Shown piece by piece: positions 12,002 through 30,003 of a DNA stretch of 64,000 nt. The notes beneath the pieces were generated by a model. The model was given only the letters and a program-made list of their open reading frames with translations, was not told the DNA's origin and did no database searches. Within the stretch, counting starts at the first letter, position 1. Each line of letters opens with the position of its first letter. Position numbers and translations under genes: made by a program. Source of the DNA: Eledone cirrhosa (lineage: Eukaryota); the NCBI GenBank assembly GCA_964016885.1, contig OZ024741.1, positions 390,972,001 to 391,036,000 of the forward strand, read 5' to 3'.

Positions 12002-15000
12002 TATTGAAGTTTCCGTTGAAAATTGAAAAAGTCATAGGAGTGAAGAGTGCTCTATGTAAGTACCAGACCAAAATTTAATGTTTAATAAACAATACAATAT
12101 AATTACCTCATTACCAGAGGTTTCCCGAATAAGACGAATACTAAAAACGTCCTCATTCGTTCGTCGGACAAGGCAATTTAAAACATAGTGAAATATTTGG
12201 AAAGTCTCCTCAAGAAATGCAAAAGATATATAAATAAAAGTAATGAAAGAGATATATAAAAAAATATAAGGAAATATAGTTAGGGTATGTGTATATGTAT
12301 GTATATACACTCACAAATGTACATATGTGTGTATATACAAATGCATGTGTATGGTGAAAATGTGTGCGTAAGTACATATATGAGGGCAAGTATATTTGTG
12401 TATATGTGACCACAAATACGAATATAATATGAGTTGAAAAAGAAATTGTATGAACATATAGTTGACACGCATCCAGATACAGGTATTAAATACACATACG
12501 AGTATGAAAGCACGCGTATAAACACACACAACACGCGCGGTGACTTATATGCGGAAGATAAAGAGGGAAGGGAGTGTAATAGTAAAAAGAAGTGTCATTC
12601 TCGATATATGTATAAAAATGAAACAATATATGAGAATGAAAACATTTTTAAATTAAAGAGAAAGTAATCAATTAACACTAGAGAAAAGAAAACATAGGTA
12701 CGCACGTACATACACATATATATATAAAAAAATATTTATACACACAAATACGTACAGAGAAAAACGCATGCATGCGTACATACACACGAAGCACGTATAT
12801 ATATATATATATATATATCGCCCCATGTATATCTAATCACACGTACGTACGCAACTATATATATATATACATATACATACACACCCATACATACATATAC
12901 ACATATACATACACATACACATACATTCACCCGCATACACACACACGTAAAAATAAGAATGTAAAAAACATAAATATAAGAAAACATAGATATAAAAACA
13001 CACATACACATATATATACGTACGCACGCACACATACGGAGGCGTTCGTATACATATACAGAACGTATACACACATAAGCACACTCAGACATATAGATAC
13101 AGATTATAAATCAGCCATATGAATAAATGAGTACAAATATAAAATCGGCTGCGAAACAACAGAATATATCTGGTGTGGAAAACACAAGTGACAAGTGATA
13201 TCAGGTAGGAAAGAAAATGGGGAAGTAAAATGTGGAATGTCGAGATATTAAGTAAGTAAATCGAAAAGTAGGGGGGGGGGGGTTACTGGTGGATGTGAAG
13301 TAAAAATAAAAATAAAAATAAAAATAAAAATAAAAATAAAATTAAAAATAAAGTTAAAAATGAAAGTAAATCAGAAAGAGAAGTCTGTGAAGAGGATAAT
13401 TTAAGGAAAGTGAAGAATAAGAGTTTATGGAAAATGAGTTAAGTTTATATGAGCTGGAAAGCAAGTGTGATTTCATGTGTGGGCAACTGGTGAAAATTTC
13501 TGTTTTTGTATTTAGGCAGGTTTTTGGTGATTTAAGGTTCTGCAAAATCCAATATTTTTCACTTATGCAGAGTGTGCATCTTCTTGTTCCTCTTGCATAT
13601 TCTTTAGATTGGTTCAAAATTGACCAATCCAATTTATATTGGATACCTTGGTCTTTTAAATCCCATATTCTGCTAACCAGAGCTGTTGTGAATCTTTTTT
13701 CTGGATGTCGGAAAGATGCGACATGTGAGTAATAACGCGTTTCGAATTTGTCTTGTGTCATACCCACATATCGTTCGCTGGTGGCTGGTTGGTTGTTGCT
13801 GATGGTTGTCACTTTAGCCGCATATACAATGGCTTTGGTGTTGCATTTACCTTGTAATGGGCATTCACTTTTGACTCTACAGGAGCAATTTTGATGTTCT
13901 CTGGGTGATTTCTTATTGATGATATAAGATTTAATAGGGGGACCGCAGGAGTAGCTAATTTTGACACAGTTTCTATTGAAGATCGTATAGTATCTATGTG
14001 TTCTAGGGAAATGTTTATCTAAGAGCTCTAGGAATTTTTTGCCTACATTAGTTTAATTGCTAGAGAGTAGGGGGTGTGAACCAGATTATTTTTCTTTTCC
14101 TATTATTATGTTTAAAAGAGTTAGTATTGTTGGGTATGTACTTAATCGGTTGGCTAAATCCGCTATTTTGAAGGGCTTTATTATAGTAGGGGGATGCCTT
14201 ATTGAAAATAGCTTCTGAGGAAGAGAGGGTGGAGATCCTACGGCTAATATTAGGGATAAGGTTTTGAAAAACTATAGGAGGATGGCAAGAGCCTTTGTTT
14301 ATATATTTAAAATTTTCATTAGGTTTATGGTATGGTTTATAAGAAGCAGTAGGCAAATCTAGGTTTATATCTAGAAAATTAACATTGGAAAGGTTAGTGT
14401 CAATAGTAATTTTAAGATTAAAACTAGCGAAGGTTTTTATTAAGTCTTTCCTTAATCTATCTAAGTTATGGCCTATGGTGGTATGGGAAAGTATTAGACC
14501 ATCGTCGCGATAAAGCCCAAAAATATGGTTAGGGAATTTTTCTTTAAGTGTGTGTAGGAGGAATAGGCCGACTAAATCTTAAACATCAGCACTATCAAAA
14601 GAGCCCATTGAGACATCGAATGGGTTCTCTGGGTTAGATATTTTTACCCAAGTGTCATTATCAGTAAAGAGTAGGGTGTTTCTAGCATGCAAGATGACAT
14701 TCTCTTCAATATCAGAAATATTGGTAAACTTTCTAGCGAAATTTAAGGCTTTCGCAAAAAGAGTCTGAGTGATAGACGGGTAGAAATCTACAATGTCAAA
14801 TTGGGTGAATCTAGAACTATTTTTATCTTTAATATTATTAAACCAATGTACTACGGAAGAGCTATTTATCCATTGGAGTAATTCAGAACTACTTCTAATC
14901 TGTGTGTTTATATTATTTAAAATTTTTTTGCTGGCAAGACCGATATCAGTCTTAGCAGGGTTGATTAATCTACAACTAGGACGATTAATAAAGTCAGGTT

Positions 15001-16734
15001 TGTGATCTTTAAGGGTGATATATGCATTACGTTTAGCAAGTTTTCTGTCCTATTATCTATTTTTAAAGAACTAGCCAATTCTTTAGCTTCCTTATTTATA
15101 TTATTGCTAAATGTAATGCATGTATCACCCTTAAAGATAAAAAACCAGCCACCAGCGAACGATATGTGGGTATGACACAAGACAAATTCGAAACGCGTTA
15201 TTACTCACATGTCGCATCTTTCCGACATCCAGAAAAAAGATTCACAACAGCTCTGGTTAGCAGAATATGGGATTTAAAAGACCAAGGTATCCAATATAAA
15301 TTGGATTGGTCAATTTTGAACCAATCTAAAGAATATGCAAGAGGAACAAGAAGATGCACACTCTGCATAAGTGAAAAATATTGGATTTTGCAGAACCTTA
15401 AATCACCAAAAACCTGCCTAAATACAAAAACAGAAATTTTCACCAGTTGCCCACACATGAAATCACACTTGCTTTCCAGCTCATATAAACTTAACTCATT
15501 TTCCATAAACTCTTATTCTTCACTTTCCTTAAATTATCCTCTTCACAGACTTCTCTTTCTGATTTACTTTCATTTTTAACTTTATTTTTAATTTTATTTT
15601 TATTTTTATTTTTACTTCACATCCACCAGTAACCCCCCCCTACTTTTCGATTCACTTACTTAATATCTCGACATTCCACATTTTACTTCCCCATTTTCTT
15701 TCCTACCTGATATCACTTGTCACTTGTGTTTTCCACACCAGATATATTCTGTTGTTTCGCAGCCGATTTTATATTTGTACTCATTTATTCATATGGCTGA
15801 TTTATAATCTGTATCTATATGTCTGAGTGTGCTTATGTGTATAGGTTCTGTATATGTATACGAACGCCTCCGTATGTGTGCGTGCGTACGTATATATATA
15901 TGTGTGTGTATGTGTGTTTTTATATCTATGTTTTCTTATATTTATGTTTTTTACATTCTTATTTACGTGTGTGTGTATGCGGGTGAATGTATGTGTATGT
16001 GTATGTATATGTGTATATATGTATATGTATGTATGGGTGTGTATGTATATGTGTATATATATATATATAGTCGCGTACGTACGTGTGAATAGATATACAT
16101 AGGGCGATATATATATATATATATATATATATACGTGCTTCGTGTATATGTATGTACGCATGCATGCGCTTTTGTCTGTACGTATTTGTGTGTATAAATA
16201 TTTTTTATATATATATGTGTATGTACGTGCGTACCTATGTTTTCTTTTCTCTAGTGTTAATTGATTACTTTCTCTTTGATTTAAAAATTTTTTCATTCTC
16301 ATATATTGTTTCATTTTTATACATATATCGAGAATGACACTTCTTTTTACTATTACACTCCCTTCCCTCTTTATCTTCCGCATATAAGTCACCGCGCGTG
16401 TTGTGTGTGTTTATACGCGTGCTTTCATACTCGTATGTGTATTTAATACCTGTATCTGGATGCGTGTCAACTATATTTTCATACAATTTCTTTTTCAACT
16501 CATATTATATACGTATTATATACACATACCCTAACTATATTTGCTTATATTTTTTTATATATCTCTTTCATTACTTTTATTTATATATGTTTTTCATTTC
16601 TTGAGGAGACTTTCCAAATATTTCACTATGTTTTAAATTGCCTTGTCCGACGAACGAATGAGGACGTTTTTCGTATTCGTCTTACTCGGGAAACCTCTGG
16701 TAATGAGGTAATTATATTGTATTGTTTATTATAC

Positions 16735-16738
<4 letters not shown>
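11998..16738 (-). mobile_element. Penelope-like element (RT + GIY-YIG) with a ~1.6-1.7-kb inverted copy of its 3' part
   Basis: Minus-strand FDIVDFYPSI, FDVSMGSFD, GLYRDDGL, CPLQGKC..IVYAAKV..YVGMT..FETRYYSH; arms ~12078-13792 and ~15143-16738 are reverse complements; (TA)n on both sides. Confidence 0.92.
16641..16708 (+). ncRNA. Hammerhead variant in the PLE terminal repeat (mirror copy 12106-12173, minus)
   Basis: ccttgt-CCGACGA-stem II-GAAAC-ctctg-GTA-atgagg; core differs from CUGANGA at one position. Confidence 0.6.
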
Positions 16739-16819
<81 letters not shown>

Positions 16820-16822
<3 letters not shown>

Positions 16823-16905
16823 CTAGTTGGTGCTTGTTAATTTTTTTAAGGACTCTCTTTCACCCATACTAATGTTTTTTTTATTTTTCCAATTTGCTGG
16901 ATTGT
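16820..16905 (-). mobile_element. Fragment of the same R4/Dong family as 6255-7975
   Basis: Reverse complement closely matches ~6650-6715 (cattagtatgggtgaaagagagtcctta..aaattaacaagca..aactagaac). Confidence 0.75.
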
Positions 16906-17076
16906 TGTTCACCATTTTGGGGATTTTCAGGCAATTTAAAAAAAAAAATGTTATATATTTATTCAGTTTTTTTTTTCTCTTTGACTTTTAGTTAGGACTG
17001 TGTTGCAGCTAAATGCAGAAGACAGATACAGCTGCAACAAAAGCAATGAACGTCAATACAGAAATGTTTCCTCCTA

Positions 17077-17194
<118 letters not shown>

Positions 17195-17686
17195 GGGTGA
17201 GAGAGAGAGAGTGAGAGAGTGAGAGGGAGAGAGAAACACAGAGATGGAGAGAGAGACAGAGATAGAGTCTTCGGTGCTGAGATTGGGGAGACTACTAATC
17301 ATGGGAGTACTCAATGCATAGGGAGATGCAGAGTGGGTATAGAGATATGTAAAACCCCGACTGCGGCGCCAAGTGGTTTCTGCTTTTATGTTCAGTAAGC
17401 CTTTTCAATGTGTATAGTAATATTTGTAGCGTATGTAAAATAGCCATCTACTACCCACATTGTACCATCAAATACTCACTACTCACTTCGTAAGTTTCCT
17501 TTTACATATTATACTTTCCATGCAGACAGCTTTACCACCTCCTCTCCCCATATGGACATGCATGGGTCTGTGTGTATGTATGGACGTGCTTGAGCATGTG
17601 TGTGTATATATATGTATATGTATAGATATATACATATCCTCTTAGCTTCGTACGGAGGTTTAGTAGCTCACATGCACACACACACG

Positions 17687-17803
<117 letters not shown>

Positions 17804-18041
17804 ATATGCACACGCACACGTACAGCTCTATATACAAAACGGTTTTTCCCTTCCAAATAGATGTGCACCATCATCAACTTCTCAAAAAAAGTATATCATA
17901 CACAAAACGCCAGCATCAACAGTTTTCCAAGAGATGGCAACATGAATGGACCTGTTATTTTACTCTAAAAGAATATTTTCCCCCGTCCGCCCTGCCCGTC
18001 TCCTCAATCTCTATTTCTTCTTTAATTTCTCATTCTTTCTT

Positions 18042-18066
18042 CTGATGAAGGACTAGCGTCCGAAAC
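18042..18066 (+). ncRNA. Hammerhead core, probably incomplete
   Basis: CTGATGA-a-ggac-tagc-gtcc-GAAAC; no clear NUH or stem I partner follows. Confidence 0.5.
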
Positions 18067-18144
18067 CCCTTTCCTGCTATTTCAAGCGTTAAACTAATAT
18101 ATTCCTTCCGTGTACTGTGCCATTTGTTTTGTTATTGTGCATAT

Positions 18145-18216
<72 letters not shown>

Positions 18217-18764
18217 TATGTGTATTTGTGTGGTATGTGTATGTGTGCACACAGGTATGTATGTGTGCCTGTATGAATGTGCCTGTGTGTACATACTTTA
18301 CCCACTCTTTCCATTTACTCATTTATTTCTATATAACCTACTTTTAATTTCTTATTTTATTCTTTTCATGAAAATACTTCTTCAGCCTCTAAACCCTGTC
18401 TATACATAGCCTTATACCACAGCCCCTATTCCTATGACCCTGATACCATTTCTCATCCTACGTCACTCCTCGCACTAACCACCCCTACCCTCGCCCACAC
18501 TACTTCCGCCTCCTGACCCCTTGCCTGCCCAGATACACTTACTATTCTCTGCCCCCTCCCATTTTCCCCATCAGACCAGTTTATTGCTATGATAAATTCG
18601 ACAAAAGCACTACCAAGACCAGTGACCTAATTTTACATACCCTACAAATATTACTAAAAACCCTTGGAAAGATTTGCTAAACACACATAAAATAATTTGC
18701 TGTCCCTGGTATAATACTATGGGAAGAAACAATTGTCAGCGATTAAATGCTTTAAATTTTGGTT

Positions 18765-18795
<31 letters not shown>

Positions 18796-18806
18796 TATAT
18801 ATATAT

Positions 18807-18924
18807 ATAGGAACGAGTAGGACCCCGACGGCTGAGCTCAAGCCGTTTCGACGGCTAATTCTAGACTAAATGTTAGCCGTCGAAACGGCTTGAGCTCAGC
18901 CGTCGGGGTCCTACTCGTTCCTAT
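18807..18924. repeat. Perfect palindrome, 52-bp arms and 14-nt loop, containing the 3' half of a hammerhead
   Basis: 18807-18858 is the reverse complement of 18873-18924; the right arm reads GAAACggct..agccGTCgggg. Confidence 0.9.
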
Positions 18925-19055
18925 TACCCACTCTACTACCCTAAGTATTGAGTACTTTGGTGCGTTATGGTCCACCTGGTTCCTTACCACATTTCCTTCG
19001 TTATATATATATATATATATATATGATATATATATATATATGATATATATAGGTA

Positions 19056-19112
<57 letters not shown>

Positions 19113-19116
19113 GGTA

Positions 19117-21680
<2,564 letters not shown>

Positions 21681-22589
21681 GCCATTTGAGGATTTTTTAT
21701 TTTTATTTTTGTGGACTCCAACTAACTAAAAGACATGAAGATAGCCTTAAAGGAACACTAATCTTGAACATAAAAAAGAAAATCTACATAGAACTAAGCC
21801 AACAAGAAAAATGGAAATGTAACCTAATACAAGAAATAAGTAAGATCACTACACCAAGAGAAAAAAACAGAATACATGAACATTATACAGCTAGAAGAAA
21901 AATACATAATTCAGAAATGCAAAACAATTTTAGCAAGAAATTAGCGTGGCACAAACAGACAAAACTAAAACAAGAAACTTCAGAGAATAGTAAGAAATAC
22001 GGTTGAATGAATAAACATGGCGGATGTCCCACTGACCGACAGGTTCAACAATAACAACACAACCATATACGACAGGACTACAGTAAATCCTGATGAATTG
22101 TCCGTACTACAGTTGCCACCAAAATATGCCACATTATAGTAAGGTAAATATGATAGAATGTCTATCTGAGATAGATAAAACATTTACATAAATTAGATGG
22201 AAACTAAAAAACAAAAATAGCATCAGCAACACAAACAATGATAACAACAGACACAACAACAACACACACACGCACGCAACAACACGCACACGCACACGCA
22301 CAACACATACCATGCTTCCCACCATAACGTACATGAAAACACAACCATCAACGATAGGCACACAAAACAGGGTAGAAAACAACAGTGACACAGATGGAAG
22401 GAACGGTAATAACAATGAGAGAGATAGAGAAACTAGAACCAATAATAATGACAGGGGAAATAACTAAGGCGAACACACAGACACAAAACATTTTCGAAAA
22501 TAACAATGACACAGAGGTAAGGGACAGTAAAACAATTAGGGATATAGAAACAACAATGAAGCTGTTGTTGGAAGTAGGGACAATACAAT

Positions 22590-24245
22590 TAATACTAACA
22601 ACATAGTAGGCGATACACCCTCGAGTTCTACTTTCTATTACCCATCTAATAAGTTTTTCGACACAAACGCATTTATCCGACAACGTTATCGTTTAACAAA
22701 CGTATATACCTCCCATCACAAGCCGATAACCAAACAGAGGCTCAATTCGCCGCCCATGACTTAGACAGACAGTTCATTACATACTGCAGAAAAATACTCC
22801 TCTTCAGTAATGGTGTAGCATTGACCAAAAAATCAACTACCTCAGAAATATTCGATGTCTCAATGGGATCATTCGATAGTTCCTGATGTATGCGATTTGG
22901 TTGGATTATACATATGAGATACGTTGTGAGTCAGATTCCCGGACTTCCACACGGGTTTATAGCGCGACGACGGCCTGAACCTATAGAGCCATAAAAGCGG
23001 CCACGACCATGACCGTTTTAGAAAAGAACTAATAGCAACGTTCAACGAGTCAGGACTTAAGATCACCGTAGACACAACTCTGTTTAGCGTAGATTATAGT
23101 GACTTCCATTTAGACCTTCGCACACACACATTTAAACCTTCCACATACTTAATGAAAAGTTAGCTTATATACACAAGGACTCATGTCACCTACCTACGGT
23201 TTTTAAAAGCTTCGTCAAAAACATTAGTACTAGGATTTCTAATCTTTCTACTAACAAGGCCATTTTTTACAGAGCGACACCTTACTTATAACACTGCGTT
23301 AGTAAACAGCGGCTTCTCCGATAAATATTTATTACTCCCCTCCTAATCACACTACCAGTAGAAATAGAAATAAAGATAATCATTTGGTTCTGCCTACCCT
23401 TCTCGCTCAGTGTTACAACCAATATAGGTAGGAAATTCTTGGCACTCCTTGACAATACTTCCCCATAGGACATAAATACAGACCTATCTTCAATGAACAC
23501 AGGTTGAAACTCGGATATACCTGTGCTAAAAATATGAAAGCCCACATCACCACCAACACCGAAAGCTCTCCCTCAGCCGGATACTTTTGCAAAAGGCCAG
23601 AAGCATGCCCTCTCCAACAACAATGTAACATGCCTACAATAGTCTATGAAACTGAAGTTACATCCACTGGACCAAATCAACGGCAGGAGGTCGAAATATA
23701 TGTAGCATTATCGTAGGGCACTTTAAAGAAAGCTTTCTTAACCACCAGATGACCTTCAGACATCTGATAAGCGATTGTCCACGAAGCTGACAAGTCACAT
23801 AAGGTCACTCAAAGATGCAGACGTGAATTTCTCCCTTCAATGGAATGTTCTGGTTATATCCAGGCCATACGGAAATGGAGAAATATCCTGTATACTGTGT
23901 ATTGATGAAAGAGTGAATATCTTGCAGACGTTACGTAATAGTACTTGCCTTAACACAAGAGCCGATTTTTTTAATCGCTGATCCCCATGCAGTGAAGTAC
24001 TTGCTACGTAACTTGAAAGAACCGGGATAACCATAATTCTTGCCCGGAATGAACTAACTCAAACGAAAATTATCATCCCAGCATCTGTCTAATTTCAGTT
24101 ATCTCCCTTATCACCAAAATATTGCCGTCCATCACGCAGAATTCAGTCAGCTCTTATTCACTTCCGTTTTCATCGCAGCCATACACGGGTTGAAAACCCG
24201 CTCGATGAAACGCGCATCCATGAGTATGATATGCTAATCTTTTGT
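22590..24245 (+). mobile_element. Penelope-like element, 5'-truncated, degraded
   Basis: FDVSMGSFD, degenerate RDDGL, IIWFCLPFS, CPLQQQCNMPTIVYETEV..IYVALS, CILCIDE..LNTR. Confidence 0.85.
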
Positions 24246-24246
24246 G

Positions 24247-24343
<97 letters not shown>

Positions 24344-24510
24344 GCGTTTCAATTGTCCTAATAACTTATTTTAGTTATTGTCGCACCAACGTGAGGTATA
24401 TGATTTTTAATGCGATGAAATACCAATGATCGTTGGCAAATCACTGATGAGGGACTCATTTTATAAAATGTAATCAATGTGCAACCATGCAGTATTCTTC
24501 TCCCTATATT

Positions 24511-24603
<93 letters not shown>

Positions 24604-24661
24604 TATATATATATATACATACATACATACATTTATTGTTATCCTACACACACACACACAC

Positions 24662-24753
<92 letters not shown>

Positions 24754-24798
24754 GTATATATGTATATATATATATATGTATATATATATATGTATATA

Positions 24799-24844
<46 letters not shown>

Positions 24845-24845
<1 letters not shown>

Positions 24846-27680
24846 TAATAAAAGCAATGAAATAAAAACAAAGAACAAGTTCCTTATATTAAAAATTCAT
24901 CATTTTACGATCGTTTCTAGAATGTATATGTGTGTTGGTATGTATATCATATAGATCTAGGTAAAAATATTACAAATTATCAGAGGAAATATACATACCT
25001 TCACATATCACGCTGTCTTCAGAAATGATGAGATTTTTTTTATTGAAAAAAAAAACAAAAAAAAAAAACAACAAAGAGTTAATATAATATAAAAGGTCTG
25101 TTTGGGAACAGGTTTTGAATTGCCCAATAGAAAAGTAGTTAGAGGTCAAGTTGATAGAATAGTGGTAATAGAAATTTAATTTAGGGGTAGAGGAGTGCAG
25201 ACTTATGTTTTGAATGAAAAGAATACTTTGAATGAAAAGAATACTTTGGGGATGAAAAGAGGTCAAGCCAGTGAAGGGTACATGAAAATTTGATATGTTA
25301 TTAAAGAATAATGTTAAAAACGAAGGAAAATAAAATTTTAGGGTAAGTGTATTAGTGAGAAATACCAATTTTATTTAAACCACAAGGAATCTAAATCTAT
25401 AACAAGAAATTAAATTAATTGATAGGTATACTTATAGGGATAAATTTATATTAATTTATATGAATGTGATAAATAAGAATTAGATGTTATTAAAGAGTGT
25501 TGTTAAAAACGAAGGAAAGTAAAAATTTGGGATAAGGGTAGTAGTGAGAAATACCAATGTTATATAAACTACAAGGAATCTAGATTCATAACAGGAAATT
25601 AAATTAATTTATAGGTATACTTTAGGTATTAATTTTAGGAAAAGAGAGCTGTAAAAGGGAAATAAAATTATGAAGTTCTCTGTACTAATTATAGGTCAAC
25701 TGAACTAAAAAAACTAATTATAATAATATGTAAAATATAAGTGTAAGGTGTATATTAATTAGGTTTATAATATTTGAAGGTTCTTCTAATTCTATGATTG
25801 CAAGATATAATTAATTCCTGTCGCTTATTTAATAGGATATCCTTAGATTTCATGATTTCAAAAAGTTCCTGGGGGCATAACTGACACTCATATCTGTTAT
25901 TTTGATAAGGGGTGGCCCTTTTGAGCACCCTCCAGGTCAGGTTGTAATCGATATTCTTCTTTCTATAATTATTAATTGTTTCAGCCAAGGATGTTGTATT
26001 AGCTAATGCGGCATTTTAAAAAATATCCTTGTAGGTATTAAATCTTACTTTAAATTGGTTAGACGTATCTCCTATATATGAATAAGTGGAGTCCTTAGTG
26101 CCAATTTTACATTTATAGACTATTTTATTAATAAGACAATTTCCCTTTAATGGGCAATTTCTTTTGATTCTAGTTACAACCATTCGTGAATATTATATCA
26201 GGGGAGTTTGTCAAATTTGGTGTGGAATTTACTCCACTTGTTATAGCTGAAGGAGATGGTGGTTTGTTGCGGTTTATTTTAGTATTATGGCTGGTTTGAT
26301 GTGTCGGTGGTATATTTGTGGGTTTTTTTACCTTTATATGCGTTGTACGCACTTATATTTTGTTGTATATTTTTGGTAGTGGAGTAGGAAAATTTGACAG
26401 TTGATCTATTTAAAATTTGATGGTATTTATGGTTTGGCGGGAAGTTTTTCTCTAGGATAGTAACATTTTTTTTAGGGATATTATCTTTAATTTGTAGATT
26501 AAATGGAGCATTATACCAAGTAACCCGTCTATTACGGTTTCGATATCGTTTTTTATAATTATACGATGTATCAGGATGTTTACTAAGAAAGTTACTATTA
26601 GTGAATTTATTATATATAGGTTTAGTTAGATTAACTAATTTATGTGTTTTAGTCTGATTACCAGGAATTTTGTTAGTAATGTTGTTAACATATATTGGAA
26701 TATTAGGATGAATGGTTTTTTGAAAGTCATTATATTTTATGTGAGAAGAGGTAGAGAAATTAAGTTTTAGGTTGGTATTTTTGGGTGTAGTATAAGTGGC
26801 ATTTAGGTGTGGGTTTTTCATTTGGTATTTGTTGGTAATATTGGGTTGTATGTTTGAAGTATTATTGGTGCAAGGTATATAGACCAATTTGTTTTTGTGG
26901 CCGCTTCTAGCTAAAGCTTCGTTATAAAAGGGCGCGTTTTTATCGAATACATCCTGGTTAGATGAAAGGTTAGAGATTCTGAGTGAGATATTATATGCTA
27001 GGTTTTTAAGGATAGATCTAGGGTGGTTGGATTGTGAGTGTATGCAATGTAAGTTTTGGTTAGGTTTATGGTAAGGTTGGTAGATACCCGTAGATAGGTC
27101 TAAAGTTATATCTAGGAAATTGACTATTTTACTGGTGTTTTCAAATGTAATAGTGAAATTGTAATAGTCTTTGAGGAAAGTTCTAATAAGTTTTTTTTTT
27201 TTTCAATTTCTGATAGGCTAAGATTAGTGGAAAGAAGAAGACAGTCATCACGATATAAACCACCTTTAAGGTGGGGAAAAGATGAATTAATGTTAAATAG
27301 AAGAAAGAGGCCCACAAGATCGGTAATTTGGGCGGAATCACTAGAGCCCATAGTAATGTCGAAGAGATTACTATATGTATTTTTGGTCCAGTATTCCTTC
27401 TGAAATTCCAGTAGTGTTTGTCTAGCGTGCGTGATAATATTAATGTCATCCATAGCTAAGTTTGATCTATTTTTGGCAAATATCACAAATCTCATCATTT
27501 CTGAAGACAGCATGTATATGTGAAGGTATGTATATTTCCTCTGATAATTTGTAATATTTTTACCTAAATCTATATGATATACATACCAACACACATATAC
27601 ATCATAGAAACGATCGTAAAATGCTGAATTTTTTAATATAAGGAACTTGTTCTTTGTTTTTATTTCATTGCTTTTATTAA
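24845..27680 (-). mobile_element. Penelope-like element with an inverted terminal repeat at its 5' junction
   Basis: FDITMGSSD..DLVGL, GGLYRDD, VTWYNAPF, CPLKGNC..IVYKC..YIGDT, CQLC; 24845-25035 mirrors 27488-27680. Confidence 0.9.
27492..27627 (+). ncRNA. Type I hammerhead with ~100-nt extended stem II (mirror copy 24897-25031, minus)
   Basis: tcatcattt-CTGAAGA..GAAAC-gatc-GTA-aaatg(a/c)tga; 9-bp stem I; palindromic stem III ACGATCGT. Confidence 0.85.
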
Positions 27681-27728
27681 TTTATATCTATATCTATATA
27701 TATCTATATATATCTATATATATCTATA

Positions 27729-27831
<103 letters not shown>

Positions 27832-27895
27832 ATCTATCTATATATATATATATCTATATATCTATATATCTATATATCTCTATATATATATATAC

Positions 27896-28128
<233 letters not shown>

Positions 28129-28409
28129 GATAACAATAAATCGTTAAAGGTAATCCGATAAAAGTCTGTGAAAACTATTTATCATGGACAGTTTAAGCGT
28201 ACGGCACAGTGTGACTCAACAAGAGATTTACTTCGGTGATGATTTTATGACTTGTATTCCTATGTAAATATATCTTGGAGTAATAAAAGAGTGAAGAATA
28301 ACATGGTTGACAGTACAAAACAAGGATATTTATTTACAGTCTTACAATTGTTTCAATGATAGAAATGTCTATAAATTGCTAAATACTGGAGATAGTATAA
28401 CTCAATTTC

Positions 28410-28600
28410 AACACTTTTTTGCACAGAGATAATATCCATAGGCGAAACTAGAATTGTCACTGCTGGCGCAGCTCCTGCTTCCAGGTCTGCAATTCATTCA
28501 CCCAGTGCCTGGCAGACAAAAAAGTGCTGCCATAAAATGGGTGGTGCAACCTAACTTTGGTAACTTAATGACCCCGAGCAACGCCGGGCTTTAATGCTAG
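28410..28600 (+). mobile_element. Helitron 3'-end fragment
   Basis: cccgagcaacgccggg hairpin, then CTAG|T at 28597-28601; same motif as at 36217-36244. 5' boundary uncertain. Confidence 0.6.
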
Positions 28601-29791
28601 TTAATGATAAATAAATAAATAAATAAATAAAGGAAGGAAGAGGAACAGATGGAAATGAGAGAGAAAGAAAGAAAATGACGAAAGAAGGAACGAAGATATA
28701 GTTAATATATAACCGGAAAAATTTACGAAATCAAACTATCACATCAAAATAAATAAATATAATATTAATAATAATAAAGGTATATATAGAAGAGAAAAAG
28801 GGGGGTGGTATAGCATAGGCAGAGAGGAAGGATAAGTAAGGAAGATGAGAAAGAAATAGAAGAAAATTAAGAGGGATGAGGAAGCAGAGAGGGATAGAAA
28901 TTAATCAAGAATATGGGGATATGAAGAAGAGAGAAAAGAAAACAGACGGACGAATAAACATTACTACGTAAAATAGCTACTTTGAGATGTATTATACTAT
29001 AGGGTTAAATAATCGAGATGAAATATGTTTAAGTGGAGAAATACAACGACAAATGGTGAGAGGTGTATAAATATAAGATAATAAATGATGTAAATATAAA
29101 TAAAAAAATAATGATGTTAATACAAATGTTTTTAGGTTATTCTTACGTAAATATGAAGTTTGTAATAATTTGATATCGTAATAGGTGCTAAAAGTATAAA
29201 AAGGAATAAGGAATAGAAAATGGAGTTAAGTTGGTCTAAAGTTCAGGAATTTCGTTGCTGATTTATGCCGGCAAAAGATAGTTCGCTCAATTTTGCTGTT
29301 AAGAAGGGTTTTACTAAAATTAAGAATTTGGGAGAGCTCCATATTACAGAGCCTACAATGGGAAATACCAGTTTGATAGGCCTTCGCAGTTGACAGTATT
29401 TTCCAGCTGATCTCATATTCAGTGCCTGCATTCTTGAGTTGCCATATTTTACTGGCAAGAGTAGTTGTATTGATAGATTACTATTAATAATAGAATGTCT
29501 ATGCACGTACCACCGTTTTTTGAAAACACCAGCTGTGGAACCAATGTAGTACCATGCCAAGCTACCTGAGTTGATAGTACACAAGTATACTACATTTTTT
29601 TCAAGGCATCTGTTTAGTAGACAACAATCTTAAAAATCATATAGTAGAACCGGCGCATAGGATAACATTTCTATGTAATTGCCACTTACCTGTCAATTGC
29701 CCTCTACTAGCCCCTATTACGATATCAAATTATTACAAACTTCATATTTACGTAAGAATAACCTAAAAACATTTGTATTAACATCTTATTT

Positions 29792-29896
29792 GTCTCAGAT
29801 GAAATGATGGTACTTAGATGTATTGTAAATTGAGTTATACTATCTCCAGTATTTAGCAATTTATAGACATTTCTATCATTGAAACAATTGTAAGAC
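29792..29896 (+). ncRNA. Hammerhead variant in the PLE terminal repeat
   Basis: gtct-CAGATGA-aatgatgg..ctatcatt-GAAAC-aatt-GTA-agac. Confidence 0.65.
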
Positions 29897-29944
29897 TGTA
29901 AATAAATATCCTTGTTTTGTACAGTCAACCATGTTATTCTTCAC

Positions 29945-30003
<59 letters not shown>

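Larger units (their letters stand above)
28285..29950 (-). mobile_element. Short Penelope-like remnant (GIY-YIG end) with ~125-bp inverted termini
   Basis: YYIGSTAGVFKKRWYVH in ORF 29243-29584; 28285-28408 mirrors ~29828-29950. Confidence 0.8.

Noticed and set aside
12078-16738. Large inverted repeat as an assembly artefact
   Set aside because: The arms differ by substitutions and a >100-bp deletion, as expected of a real, ageing duplication.
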